The translations under genes were made by a program, and so were the position numbers. Positions 14,344 to 28,670 of a stretch of DNA of 64,000 bases are shown one piece after another. This DNA is from Mytilus trossulus (lineage: Eukaryota), in contig NC_086374.1 in assembly GCF_036588685.1 (NCBI RefSeq), positions 20,398,001 to 20,462,000 of the forward strand, read 5' to 3'. The notes below the pieces were generated by a model that saw only the letters and a program-made list of their open reading frames with translations, was not told the origin of the DNA and did not search any database. How positions within the stretch are numbered: position 1 is the stretch's first letter; each line of letters opens with the position of its first letter.

Positions 14344-15020
14344 TTTTTGTCGAGCCTTCGACTTAAGTCGAAAAAGCGAGACTAAGCGCTCCTACATTCC
14401 GTCGTCGTCGGTGTCGTCGACGTCGGCGGCGTCCACAAATATTCACTCTGTGGTTAAAGTTTTTGAAATTTTAATAACTTTCTTAAACTAAGCTGGATTT
14501 CTACCAAACTTGAACAGAAGCTTGTTTATGATCATAAGATAGTACCCAGAAGTAAATTTTGTAAAAATAGAATTCCTTTTTTTCCGTATTTTACTTATAA
14601 ATGGACTTAGTTTTTTTCTGCAGGGAAACATAACATTCATCTCTGTGGTTAAAGTCTTTAGAATTTTAATAACTTTCTTAAACTATCCTGGGTTTGTACC
14701 AAACTTGGACAGAAGCTTGTTTATGATCATAAGATAGTACCCAGAAGTAAATATTGTAAAAAGATAACTCCATTTTTTCTTTATTTTACTTTTAAATGGA
14801 CTTTATAGATTTTTTCCAGTTAACATTACATACATTCTGCAGTTAGTTTTCAAAACATTTATTAGATTCATTAACTATCCTAGATTTACCAAACTTGGAC
14901 AGAAGCATCTTACAATCATAAGATAGTGTCAAGAGGAATATTTTTTTCCTGATCTTTGTTGACCCTTCGATTTACAGCAAAAGTAGGCGAGACTCTGGGT
15001 TCCGCGGAACCCTTACTCAT
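14344..15020 (+). mobile_element. Non-autonomous Helentron/DINE-1-like element (HINE) with internal ~194-bp tandem repeats
   Basis: T-run at the 5' end, 5' hairpin ttcgacttaagtcgaa, (GTC)n microsatellite, ~2.5 tandem units (14441, 14635, ~14833), gcgagact motif near both ends, 3' palindrome gggttccgcggaaccc at 14997-15012. Confidence 0.75.
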
Positions 15021-15603
15021 TTTGTAAACTTGATTATGACAATTATTCAGCAATCAAATGTGAGCTAAACAATTGCACGAGGCTAAGAGAATTGTTGAAA
15101 TGTAAAATTCAAAATTAGCCCGTCATTTTAATATAATTGACAATTTAAATAAGCAAAAATTAAAGCACAGAGTGTTCTGCAGATAAACTTATATGTCGAT
15201 ATTTTAAAAAGCAGTTTACATTATTATGTAATTTATGAAAAAATACTACACCTTTCATAAATATCATTATAAAGTTAAAATCTGGGACAAATAACCTTTT
15301 TGTTTCGTATGATATAACATAAATGTTTAAAAAATCTTTCTCCAGCTAATTGTTCATGTGTAGATGAACGAGCCTATGACAGTTTTGAGAAATTCTAATT
15401 TAATGCTTTGTCAGTAATTGTTTTAATTATATTGTTAAAATTCATGTCAGAAAACAATATATTTGAAATAAATTGGAAAACATATATATAAATAAATGAT
15501 AGGACCAGCATTTAGGTCAGTCCATTCGCTGAAAATCAGTGACCATCAATATATAACAAAACAGTTTCAGTAACAGATAATCCAGATGAAGAAATTGTCT
15601 TAC

Positions 15604-15810
15604 CTGGAAATGTTATTCCGGTAGCCGTTGGTATTGTGGATGTTATGCCGGGTTGCCCTGAAACAGTTGTTCTAAATGTCATTTGTGAAGGAATAGATCC
15701 AGCTGCTGCACCTTTAGTTGTTATTACAGGTGTTGGACCAGTAACCGACAGGCCCGGTGCTGTGGGTGGTAAACCAGGTGTTGTTTGGGTACCAGATGTT
15801 GATATTGAAG
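15604..15810 (-). CDS. Mucin-like gene, S/T/P/G-rich linker exon (ASISTSGTQTTPGLPPTAPG...ITFP)
   Basis: ttttcag|CT acceptor and CCAG|gtaaga donor; 207 nt, phase 1-1; lies within ORF 15536..15883. Confidence 0.8.
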
Positions 15811-16023
15811 CTGAAAAAAACATTATATAGATTGTCCATATTGTTAGATAGACATAAACACTATTTTTCATAGCATCAGACATTTTTATTACCTAACTTT
15901 TATTTTGTCTCAAACAAAATTCGTATGTTCGCCATAACTGTTCTTCTCATATACATGGTTGAGTGTCATCATTTTTCTCTTTATTCATATCCAGCATAAA
16001 AATACTTAAAACACTAGAATTAC

Positions 16024-16101
16024 CTGTAGGGGGCACGGTAGTATTTCGTGGCCCATAAGTGATAATGATAGACGTTTTAGAATTTTCACCACTTTTTAAC
16101 A
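16024..16101 (-). CDS. Possible small linker exon (VLKSGENSKTSIIITYGPRNTTVPPT)
   Basis: Donor ACAG|gtaatt. Acceptor ttttggcag| is uncertain. 78 nt, phase 1-1. Confidence 0.35.
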
Positions 16102-16936
16102 CTGCCAAAACTACTACGTCAACAGTTAACTGAAGTACTTTTATTATACTATTCAGAAATAGATTTGAATATGCATCATGACCGTTTACTTTTTTATATC
16201 TTTAAAAATAAAACTAAGGCCGCTAGTGCTTTTAGGGCTTTTATCATGCAGAAAATACAAATTAAACAAAATTCTCAAAAATTCATTTTCACCCGTATGT
16301 TCAGTTGATACTGTATTTTTTGTCCAATCACAATGTTCAGTTACATTTACTTACAAAAGAGCAACCTCAATTCTGGAACGCAAATACTGTGGTACCTATA
16401 TGTACCTCTTAATAAACTAAGTAAAACGTCCACTTGATCACGATTGCATTAAAAACGGACAAGCAAGTGGAATGATAACAACCGTCCACACTTTGTTGAA
16501 AGATTTTAATCCGTCGCAGGTTGTCCATAGTTTTATGTAAACTCAAATACACGTGTTTGTCTTTGGCTATATTTCAGGTTTAAAGATAAAATGTTCTATG
16601 ACTTATTAAATATCATTCACACTGGTCTTTGGTAAAACATTTGTGTTGATGTGTTCATTCATCTTGGGCATGGACAGTCGAATTTCATATGTATTTCTTA
16701 AAGTAAAAAATAATTAATATTTAGCCTATTATCACTTATTTAACGTCTTTTCTCTTATTCATACGATATAACAATATCATTAAAAATAAGAATATAGTGG
16801 CGGCATAAAATAATGTCATTGAAATATCGAACGGATAAGAGCAAGTATACATTGATTAAGTGAGAATTAATTATATATAAGTAATTCTTATTTGCATATA
16901 TTTAAATTGGATCACAAATTAAAGAATACTTTTTAC

Positions 16937-17011
16937 CTGTCGTTAGTGTTTGAACAGCTAAAGTAGTACCAGATGCTGTTGCTCCGACCGATACTGATGT
17001 TCCAGGTGACA
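16937..17011 (-). CDS. Mucin-like gene, small linker exon (VSPGTSVSVGATASGTTLAVQTLTT)
   Basis: catcag|TG acceptor after a T-rich tract and ACAG|gtaaaa donor; 75 nt, phase 1-1; S/T-rich. Confidence 0.8.
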
Positions 17012-17891
17012 CTGATGTAATAATAATAAAAAAAATCAATAACAATTAGATATCACATACAATTCAATATAATGAGACAAATAAAAAGACTTGCTATTCT
17101 ATTTCATTTTCATTTTATTTGCCATTAAAAGCTATTGAAGAAAGAAGAACAAATTGCAAGTGCAAGCTCGAACGTTTAGATGTAAGCGTAGCTACGCGCC
17201 TAAACTTTTTGTGTGGATGTTTTTCTTAATTTGTAGACATATGTGCTGAAGCAATTTTTCTACAGTACGTCAGTTGTTTGGTGATGTTTTTTTTCACTTA
17301 GTAATTGCACCAAAGGCTAAAAAAATACAAAGTTGTTGAGTGCAGTTGTTGAAGACTTTTAAAAATAAATAAATTTGGGCATCTGTAAAAAAGATTAAAA
17401 TTAATTTTATTGGCATGCCGGTATGGGAATTCAGCAATTTTTTGCAGATTTAACATTATTGTGTTCGTATTTGGAGTAACTTCGTATAAATACAGAACAA
17501 ACAAAATTTTACTAAACACCAAAAAAGAGAAAAAAGTATATATTTTAACATAAAACGCATTTGAATAAGAGATCGAACGGATGTTCATAACCCTATTGGC
17601 CGTCATTTGCTTTTGTCATATAAACTGATCCCCAGATGCAACAAAATGTATCTTAATATTAAGATAATACAAAACAGTGAACCATTAACGTGTGGAAAAG
17701 ATGGTATACCACAAACATTTGTACACCATATACATATATATCAATATAGTCTTATCAACTAATATACATGGTGGTATGTCCTAACGGACCATAACATTTT
17801 ATCTATGAGACATGCTTCACATTTTTAATTGTCAACTGTAATGGACACGTTTGGTAAAACTGTGTCTCAAACAAAACAAAAAGGCACATAC

Positions 17892-20800
17892 CAGTGACAG
17901 TTCCAGTAAGGGGTGGTCCTGAAACAGAAACAGTCGTTCCACTAACAGAAGGTCCAATACTAGCGACAGTGGTTCCAGTAACTGATGGTCCGACATTAGT
18001 AATAGTTGGTCCTGTAACATATGGTCCACTTACAGACGGTACTGTGGCAGGTATAGTTGTACCACTCACTGATGGTACTGTGGCAGATATAGTCGTCTCA
18101 CTTACAGAAGGAACTGCGCCTGATATTGTTGAAGTTCCAAATGATATTCTAGGTGGAGATGTTCCACCTGCTGCACCCTTTTGAGTAGTTGATACCGTAA
18201 TAGATGGTACTGTGCCTGGGATTGTTGTTCCACTGACGGATGGTTCTGTTGCAGATACGGTTGTTACGCTAACTGATGGTCCAGTGGAAGAGACAGTAGT
18301 TCCACTAACAGAAGGTACTGTTGCAGATACTGTTGTCCCACTTATAGTTGGTCCTGTGGCAGAAACAGTTGTTCCACCAACTGATGGTACTGTGCCAGGA
18401 ATAGTTGTTCCACTAACTGATGGTACTGTGGCAGAGAATGTTGTTCCACTTACTAATGGTACTGTGGCAGAAACAGTTGTTCCGCTAACCGATGGTCCTG
18501 TTGCAGAGACAGTTGTTCCGCTTACCGATGGTCCTGTGGCAGAGATAGTTGTTCCACTTACAGTTGGTTCTGTGGCAGAAACAGTTGTTCCACTCACAGA
18601 TGGTCCTGTGGCAGAGACTGTTGTTCCACTAACTGATGGTACTGTGCCTGGTATAGTTGTTCCACTGACGGATGGTCCTGTGGCAGAGACAGTTGTTCCG
18701 CTTACCGATGGTCCTGTGGCAGAGACAGTTGTTCCACTTACAGAAGGTACTGTTGCAGATACTGTTGTCCCACTAACTGATGGTCCTGTGGCAGAAACAG
18801 TTGCTCCGCTTACAGATGGTACAGTGGCAAAAACACTTGTTCCACTTACAGATGGTACTGTGCCAGATATTGTTGAAGTTTCAAATGATATTCTAGGTGG
18901 AGATGTACCACCTGCTGCACCCTTTTGAGTAGTTGATACCGAAATAGATGGTACTGTGCCTGGGACAGTTGTTCCACTGACGGATGGTCCTGTGCCAGGG
19001 AAAGTTGTTCCACTGACGGATGGTCCTGAAACAGATACTGTTGTTCCACTTACTGATGGCCCTGTGGCAGAGACAGTTGTTCCACTTACAGATGGTCCTG
19101 TGGCAGATATAGTTGTCCCACTTACAGATGGTCCTGAAACAGATACTGTTGTTCCACTTACTGACGGTACTGTGGCAGATATAGTTGTTCCACTAACTGA
19201 TGGTCCTGTGGCAGAGACAGTTGTTCCGCTTACAGATGGTCCTGTGGCAGAAACAGTTGTCCCACTCACAGATGGTCCTGTAGCAGAGACAGTTGTTCCA
19301 CTAACAGATGGTCCTGTGGCCGAGACTGTTGTTCCACTAACTGATGGTACTATAGCAGAAACAGTTGTTCCACTCACAGATGGTCCTGTGGCAGAGACAG
19401 CTGTTGCACTTACAGATGGTCCTGTGGCAGATACAGTTGTTGCGCTTACAGATGGTCCTGTGGCAGAAACAGTTGTTCCACTCACAGATGGTCCTGTGGC
19501 GGAAACAGTTGTTCCACTCACAGATGGTACTGTAGCAGAAACAGTTATCCCACCTACAGATGGTACTGTGGCAGAAACAGTCGTCCCACTTACAGAAGGT
19601 CCTGTGGCAGAAACAGTTGTCCCACTTACTGATGGTACTGTGGCAGAGACAGTTGTCCCACTTACAGATGGTCCTGTGGCAGAGACAGTTGTTCCACTCA
19701 CAGATGGTCCTGTGGCAGAGACAGTTGTTTCACTTACAGATGGTCCTGTGGCAGATATAGTTGTCCCACTTACAGATGGTCCTGAAACAGATACTGTTGT
19801 TCCACTTACTGATGGTTCAGTGGCAGAAACAGTCGTTCCACTTATAGATGGTCCAGTGACAGAGACAGTTGTTCCACTTACTAATGGTACTGTGGCAGAA
19901 ACAGTTGTCCCACTTACAGAAGGTCCTGTGGCAGAAACAGTTGTTCCACTTACAGATGGTCCAGTGGCAGAGACAGTTGTCCCACTTACAGATGGTCCTG
20001 TGGCAGAGACTGTTGTTCCACCTACTGATGGTCCTGTGGCAGAGACTGTTGTTCCACTAACTGATGGTACTGTAGCAGATACAGTTGTTCCACTTATAGA
20101 TGGTACAGTGGCAGAGAAAGATGTTCCACTCACAGATGGTCCTGTGGCAGAGACAGTTGTTCCACTTACAGATGGTCCTGTGGCAGAAACAGTTGTTCCA
20201 CTCACAGATAGTCCTGTGGCAGAAACAGTTGTTCCACTTACAGATGGCCCTGTGGCAGAGACTGTTGTTCCACTAACTGATGGGACTGTAGCAGATACAG
20301 TTGTTCCACTTATAGATGGTCCTGTGGCAGAGACTGTTGTTCCACTAACTGATGGTACTGTGGCAGAGACAGTTGTTCCACTTACAGATGGTCCTGTGGC
20401 AGAGACTGTTGTTCCACCTACAGATGGTCCAGTGGCAGAAACAGTTGTTCCACTCACAGATAGTCCTGTGGCAGAAACAGTTGTTCCACTTACTGATGGT
20501 CCAGTGGCAGAAACAGTCGTTCCACTTACTGATGGTACTGTGGCAGAAACAGTTGTTCCGCTAACCGATGGTACTGTGGCAGAAACAGTTGTTCCGCTAA
20601 CCGATGGTCCTGTGGCAGAGACAGTTGTTCCGCTTACTGATGGTCCTGTGGCAGAAACAGTTGTTCCACTCACAGATGGTACTGTGGCAGAAACAGTTGT
20701 TCCGCTAACCGATGGTCCTGTTGCAGAGACTGTTGTTCCACCTACAGATGGTCCAGTGGAAGAAACAGTTGTTCCACTTACAGATGGTACTGTGCCAGAT

Positions 20801-23800
20801 ATTGTTGAAGTTCCAAATGATATTCTAGGTGGAGATGTACCACCTGCTGCACCCTTTTGAGTAGTTGATACCGAAATAGATGGTACTGTGCCTGGGATAG
20901 TTGTTCCACTGACGGATGGTCCTGTGCCAGGGAAAGTTGTTCCACTGACGGATGTTCCTGTGGTAGAGACAGTTGTTCCGCTAACCGATGGTCCTGTTGC
21001 AGAGACTGTTGTTCCACTTACTGATGGCCCTGTGGCAGAGACAGTTGTTTCACTTACAGATGGTCCTGTGGCAGATATAGTTGTCCCACTTACAGATGGT
21101 CCTGAAACAGATACTGTTGTTCCACTCACAGATGGTCCTGTGGCAGAAACAGTTGTTCCACTTACTGATGGTACTGTGAAAGAAACAGTTGTCCCACTTA
21201 CAGAAGGTCCTGTGGCAGAAACAGTTGTTCCACTTACAGATGGTCCAGTGGCAGAGACAGTTGTCCCACTTACAGATGGTCCTGTGGCAGAAACTGTTGT
21301 TCCACCTACTGATGGTCCTGTGGCAGAGACTGTTGTTCCACTAACTGATGGTACTGTAGCAGATACAGTTGTTCCACTTATGGATGGTCCAGTGGCAGAG
21401 ACAGTTGTTCCACTCACAGATGGTCCTGTGGCAGAGACAGTTGTTCCACTTACAGATGGTCCTGTGGCAGAAACAGTTGTTCCACTCACAGATAGTCCTG
21501 TGGCAGAAACAGTTGTTCCACTTACTGATGGTCCAGTGGCAGAAACAGTCGTTCCACTTACTGATGGTACTGTGGCAGAAACAGTTGTTCCGCTAACCGA
21601 TGGTCCTGTGGCAGAAACAGTTGTTCCACTCACAGATGGTACTGTGGCAGAAACAGTTGTTCCGCTAACCGATGGTCCTGTTGCAGAGACTGTTGTTCCA
21701 CCTACAGATGGTCCAGTGGAAGAAACAGTTGTTCCACTTACAGATGGTACTGTGCCAGATATTGTTGAAGTTCCAAATGATATTCTAGGTGGAGATGTAC
21801 CACCTGCTGCACCCTTTTGAGTAGTTGATACCGAAATAGATGGTACTGTGCCTGGGATAGTTGTTCCACTGACGGATGGTCCTGTGCCAGGGAAAGTTGT
21901 TCCACTGACGGATGTTCCTGTGGTAGAGACAGTTGTTCCGCTAACCGATGGTCCTGTTGCAGAGACTGTTGTTCCACTTACTGATGGCCCTGTGGCAGAG
22001 ACAGTTGTTTCACTTACAGATGGTCCTGTGGCAGATATAGTTGTCCCACTTACAGATGGTCCTGAAACAGATACTGTTGTTCCACTCACAGATGGTCCTG
22101 TGGCAGAAACAGTTGTTCCACTTACTGATGGTACTGTGAAAGAAACAGTTGTCCCACTTACAGAAGGTCCTGTGGCAGAAACAGTTGTTCCACTTACAGA
22201 TGGTCCAGTGGCAGAGACAGTTGTCCCACTTACTGATGGTCCTGTGGCAGAGACTGTTGTTCCACCTACTGATGGTCCTGTGGCAGAGACTGTTGTTCCA
22301 CTAACTGATGGTACTGTAGCAGATACAGTTGTTCCACTTATGGATGGTCCAGTGGCAGAGACAGTTGTTCCACTCACAGATGGTCCTGTGGCAGAGACAG
22401 TTGTTCCACTTACAGATGGTCCTGTGGCAGAAACAGTTGTTCCACTCACAGATAGTCCTGTGGCAGAAACAGTTGTTCCACTTACTGATGGTCCAGTGGC
22501 AGAAACAGTCGTTCCACTTACTGATGGTACTGTGGCAGAAACAGTTGTTCCGCTAACCGATGGTCCTGTGGCAGAGACAGTTGTTCCGCTTACTGATGGT
22601 CCTGTGACAGAAACAGTTGTTCCACTCACAGATGGTACTGTGGCAGAAACAGTTGTTCCGCTAACCGATGGTCCTGTTGCAGAGACTGTTGTTCCACCTA
22701 CAGATGGTCCAGTGGAAGAAACAGTTGTTCCACTTACAGATGGTACTGTGCCAGATATTGTTGAAGTTCCAAATGATATTCTAGGTGGAGATGTACCACC
22801 TGCTGCACCCTTTTGAGTAGTTGATACCGAAATAGATGGTACTGTGCCTGGGATAGTTGTTCCACTGACGGATGGTCCTGTGCCAGGAAAAGTTGTTCCA
22901 CTGACGGATGTTCCTGTGGTAGAGACAGTTGTTCCGCTAACCGATGGTCCTGTTGCAGAGACTGTTGTTCCACTTACTGATGGCCCTGTGGCAGAGACAG
23001 TTGTTTCACTTACAGATGGTCCTGTGGCAGATATAGTTGTCCCACTTACAGATGGTCCTGAAACAGATACTGTTGTTCCACTCACTGACGGTACTGTGGC
23101 AGATATGGTTGTTCCACTTACTGATGGTCCAGTGGCAGAAACAGTCGTTCCACTTACTGATGGTACTGTGGCAGAAACAGTTGTTCCGCTAACCGATGGT
23201 CCTGTGGCAGAGACAGTTGTTCCGCTTACAGATGGTCCTGTGGCAGAAACAGTTGTTCCACTCACAGATGGTCCTCTGGCAGAAACAGTTGTTCCACTTA
23301 CTGATGGTACTGTGGCAGAAACAGTTGTCCCACTTACAGAAGGTCCTGTGGCAGAAACAGTTGTTCCACTTACAGATGGTCCAGTGGCAGAGACAGTTGT
23401 CCCACTTACAGATGGTCCTGTGGCAGAGACTGTTGTTCCACCTACTGATGGTCCTGTGGCAGAGACTGTTGTTCCACTAACTGATGGTACTGTAGCAGAT
23501 ACAGTTGTTCCACTTATGGATGGTCCAGTGACAGAGACAGTTGTTCCACTTACAAATGGTACTGTGGCAGAAACAGTTGTCCCACTTACAGAAGGTCCTG
23601 TGGCAGAAACAGTTGTTCCACTTACAGATGGTCCAGTGGCAGAGACAGTTGTCCCACTTACAGATGGTCCTGTGGCAGAGACTGTTGTTTCACCTACTGA
23701 TGGTCCTGTGGCAGAGACTGTTGTTCCACTAACTGATGGTACTGTAGCAGATACAGTTGTTCCACTTATAGATGGTACAGTGGCAGAGAAAGTTGTTCCA

Positions 23801-26800
23801 CTCACAGATGGTCCTGTGGCAGAGGCAGTTGTTCCACTTACAGATGGTCCTGTGGCAGAAACAGTTGTTCCACTCACAGATAGTCCTGTGGCAGAAACAG
23901 TTGTTCCACTTACAGATGGCCCTGTGGCAGAGACTGTTGTTCCACTAACTGATGGTACTGTAGCAGATACAGTTGTTCCACTTATAGATGGTCCTGTGGC
24001 AGAGACTGTTGTTCCACTAACTGATGGTACTGTGGCAGAGACAGTTGTTCCACTTACAGATGGTCCTGTGGCAGAGACTGTTGTTCCACCTACAGATGGT
24101 CCAGTGGCAGAAACAGTTGTTCCACTCACAGATAGTCCTGTGGCAGAAACAGTTGTTCCACTTACTGATGGTCCAGTGGCAGAAACAGTCGTTCCACTTA
24201 CTGATGGTACTGTGGCAGAAACAGTTGTTCCGCTAACCGATGGTCCTGTGGCAGTGACAGTTGTTCCGCTTACTGATGGTCCTGTGGCAGAAACAGTTGT
24301 TCCACTCACAGATGGTACTGTGGCAGAAACAGTTGTTCCGCTAACCGATGGTCCTGTTGCAGAGCTTGTTGTTCCACCTACAGATGGTCCAGTGGAAGAA
24401 AAAGTTGTTCCACTTACAGATGGTACTGTGCCAGATATTGTTGAAGTTCCAAATGATATTCTAGGTGGAGATGTACCACCTGCTGCACCCTTTTGAGTAG
24501 TTGATACCGAAATAGATGGTACTGTGCCTGGGATAGTTGTTCCACTGACGGATGGTCCTGTGCCAGGGAAAGTTGTTCCACTGACGGATGTTCCTGTGGT
24601 AGAGACAGTTGTTCCGCTAACCGATGGTCCTGTTGCAGAGACTGTTGTTCCACTTACTGATGGCCCTGTGGCAGAGACAGTTGTTTCACGTACAGATGGT
24701 CCTGTGGCAGATATAGTTGTCCCACTTACAGATGGTCCTGAAACAGATACTGTTGTTCCACTCACAGATGGTCCTGTGGCAGAAACAGTTGTTCCACTTA
24801 CTGATGGTACTGTGGCAGAAACAGTTGTCCCACTTACAGAAGGTACTGTGGCAGAAACAGTTGTTCCACTTACAGATGGTCCAGTGGCAGAGACAGTTGT
24901 CCCACTTACAGATGGTCCTGTGGCAGAGACTGTTGTTCCACCTACTGATGGTACTGTAGCAGATACAGTTGTTCCACTTATGGATGGTCCAGTGGTAGAG
25001 AAAGTTGTTCCACTCACAGATGGTCCTGTGGCAGAGACAGTTGTTCCACTAACAGATGGTCCTGTGGCAGAAACAGTTGTTCCACTCACAGATAGTCCTG
25101 TGGCAGAAACAGTTGTTCCACTTACTGATGGTCCAGTGGCAGAAACAGTCGTTCCACTTACTGATGGTACTGTGGCAGAAACAGTTGTTCCGCTAACCGA
25201 TGGTCCTGTGGCAGAGACAGTTGTTCCGCTTACTGATGGTCCTGTGGCAGAAACAGTTGTTCCACTCACAGATGGTACTGTGGCAGAAACAGTTGTTCCG
25301 CTAACCGATGGTCCTGTAGCAGAGACTGTTGTTCCACCTACAGATGGTCCAGTGGAAGAAACAGTTGTTCCACTTACAGATGGTACTGTGCCAGATATTG
25401 TTGAAGTTCCAAATGATATTCTAGGTGGAGATGTACCACCTGCTGCACCCTTTTGAGTAGTTGATACCGAAATAGATGGTACTGTGCCTGGGATAGTTGT
25501 TCCACTGACGGATGGTCCTGTGCCAGGGAAAGTTGTTCCACTGACGGATGTTCCTGTGGTAGAGACAGTTGTTCCGCTAACCGAAGGTCCTGTTGCAGAG
25601 ACTGTTGTTCCACTTACTGATGGCCCTGTGGCAGAGACAGTTGTTTCACTTACAGATGGTCCTGTGGCAGATATAGTTGTCCCACTTACAGATGGTCCTG
25701 AAACAGATACTGTTGTTCCACTCACTGACGGTACTGTGGCAGATATGGTTGTTCCACTTACTGATGGTCCAGTGGCAGAAACAGTCGTTCCACTTACTGA
25801 TGGTACTGTGGCAGAGACAGTTGTTCCGCTTACAGATGGTCCTGTGGCAGAAACAGTTGTTCCACTCACAGATGGTCCTGTGGCAGAAACAGTTGTTCCA
25901 CTTACTGATGGTACTGTGGCAGAAACAGTTGTCCCACTTACAGAAGGTCCTGTGGCAGAAACAGTTGTTCCACTTACAGATGGTCCAGTGGCAGAGACAG
26001 TTGTCCCACTTACAGATGGTCCTGTGGCAGAGACTGTTGTTCCACCTACTGATGGTCCTGTGGCAGAGACTGTTGTTCCACTAACTGATGGTACTGTAGC
26101 AGATACAGTTGTTCCACTTATGGATGGTCCAGTGGCAGAGAAAGTTGTTCCACTCACAGATGGTCCTGTGGCAGAGACAGTTGTTCCACTTACAGATGGT
26201 CCTGTGGCAGAAACAGTTGTTCCACTCACAGATAGTCCTGTGGCAGAAACAGTTGTTCCACTTACTGATGGTCCAGTGGCAGAAACAGTCGTTCTACTTA
26301 CTGATGGTACTGTGGCAGAAACAGTTGTTCCGCTAACCGATGGTCCTGTGGCAGAGACAGTTGTTCCGCTTACTGATGGTCCTGTGGCAGAAACAGTTGT
26401 TCCACTCACAGATGGTACTGTGGCAGAAACAGTTGTTCCGCTAACCGATGGTCCTGTTGCAGAGACTGTTGTTCCACCTACAGATGGTCCAGTGGAAGAA
26501 ACAGTTGTTCCACTTACAGATGGTACTGTGCCAGATATTGTTGAAGTTCCAAATGATATTCTAGGTGGAGATGTACCACCTGCTGCACCCTTTTGAGTAG
26601 TTGATACCGAAATAGATGGTACTGTGCCTGGGATAGTTGTTCCACTGACGGATGGTCCTGTGCCAGGGAAAGTTGTTCCACTGACGGATGTTCCTGTAGA
26701 AGAGACAGTTGTTCCGCTAACCGATGGTCCTGTTGCAGAGACTGTTGTTCCACTTACTGATGGCCCTGTGGCAGAGACAGTTGTTTCACTTACAGATGGT

Positions 26801-28670
26801 CCTGTGGCAGATATAGTTGTCCCACTTACAGATGGTCCTGAAACAGATACTGTTGTTCCACTCACTGACGGTACTGTGGCAGATATGGTTGTTTCACTTA
26901 CTGATGGTCCAGTGGCAGAAACAGTCGTTCCACTTACTGATGGTACTGTGGCAGAAACAGTTGTTCCGCTAACCGATGGTCCTGTGGCAGAGACAGTTGT
27001 TCCGCTTACAGATGGTCCTGTGGCAGAAACAGTTGTTCCACTCACAGATGGTCCTGTGGCAGAAACAGTTGTTCCACTTACAGATGGTCCTGTGGCAGAG
27101 ACTGTTGTTCCACTAGCTGATGGTACTGTAGCAGATACAGTTGTTCCACTTATAGATGGTCCAGTGACAGAGACAGTTGTTCCACTCACAGATGGTCCTG
27201 TGGCAGAGACAGTTGTTCCACTTACAGATGGTCCTGTGGCAGAGACTGTTGTTCCACCTACAGATGGTGCAGTGGCAGAAACAGTTGTTCCACTTACAGA
27301 TGGTACTGTGCCAGATATTGTTGAAGTTCCAAATGATATTCTAGGTGGGGATGTACCACCTGCTGCACCCTTTTGAGTAGTTGATACCGAAATAGATGGT
27401 ATTGTGCCTGGGATAGTTGTTCCACTGACGGATGGTCCTGTGCCAGGGAAAGTTGTTCCACTGACGGATGGTCCTGAAACAGATAATGTTGTTCCACTTA
27501 CTGACGGTCCTGTGGCAGAGACAGTTGTTCCACTTACAGATGGTCCTGTCGCAGATATAGTTGTCCCACTTACAGATGGTCCTGAAACAGATACTGTTGT
27601 TCCACTTACTGACGGTACTGTGGCAGATGTAGTTGGTCCACTTACTGATGGTCCAGTGGCAGAAACAGTCGTTCCACTTACTGATGGTACTGTGGCAGAA
27701 ACAGTTGTTCCGCTAACCGATGGTCCTGTGGCAGAGACAGTTGTTCCGCTTACAGATGGTCCTGTGGCAGAAACAGTTGTTCCACTCACAGATGGTACTG
27801 TGGCAGAAACAGTTGTTCCGCTAACCGATGGTCCTGTGGCAGAGACTGTTGTTCCACCTACAGATGGTCCAGTGGCAGAAACAGTTGTCCCACTTATAGA
27901 TGGTCCAGTGACAAAGACAGTTGTTCCACTCACAGATGGTCCTGTGGCAGAGACAGTTGTTTCACTTACAGATGGTCCTGTGGCAGAGACTGTTGTTCCA
28001 CCTACAGATGGGCCAGTGGCAGAAACAGTTGTTCCACTTACAGATGGTACTGTGCCAGATATTGTTGAAGTTCCAAATGATATTCTAGGTGGAGATGTAC
28101 CACCTGCTGCACCCTTTTGAGTAGTTGATACCGAAACAGATGGTACTGTGCCTGGGATAGTTGTTCCACTGACGGATGGTCCTGTGCCAGGGAAAGTTGT
28201 TCCACTGACGGATGGTCCTGAAACAGATACTGTTGTTCCACTTACTGATGGTCCTGTGGCAGAGGCAGTTGTTCCACTTACAGATGGTCCTGTGGCAGAT
28301 ATAGTTGTCCCACTTACAGATGGTCCTGAAACAGATACTGTTGTTCCACTTACTGACGATACTGTGGCAGATATAGTTGTTCCACTTACTGATGGTCCAG
28401 TGGCAGAAACAGTCGTTCCACTTACTGATGGTACTGTGGAAGAAACAGTTGTTCCGCTAACTGATGGTCCTGTGGCAGAGACAGTTGTTCCACTTACAGA
28501 TGGTCCTGTGGCAAATACAGTTGTTCCACTAATGGATGGTAATGTGGCAGATATAGTTGTCCCACTTACAGATTGTCCTGTGGCAGATACAGTTGTTCCA
28601 CTAATAGATGGCGATGTGGCAGATATAGTTGTTTCAGTTACTGATGGTCCTTTACTAGAAAGGGTTATCC
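17892..28670 (-). CDS. Giant mucin-like gene, repeat exon A (10,779 nt = 3,593 codons; SGTTVSATGPSV repeats with ten TTQKGAAGGTSPPRISFGTS spacers)
   Basis: ttacag|GG acceptor at 28671/28670 and ACTG|gtatgt donor at 17892/17891; length divisible by 3, phase 1-1; overlaps ORF 17803..27933 in the same frame. Confidence 0.92.

Noticed and set aside
2331-28241. Short QLFHLLMVLW and EQLSL ORFs
   Set aside because: Off-frame translations of the 36-bp repeat.
1-28670. 36-bp periodicity as CRISPR or non-coding satellite
   Set aside because: The units are contiguous with no unique spacers, variation is concentrated at synonymous sites, and the arrays are bounded by splice sites.
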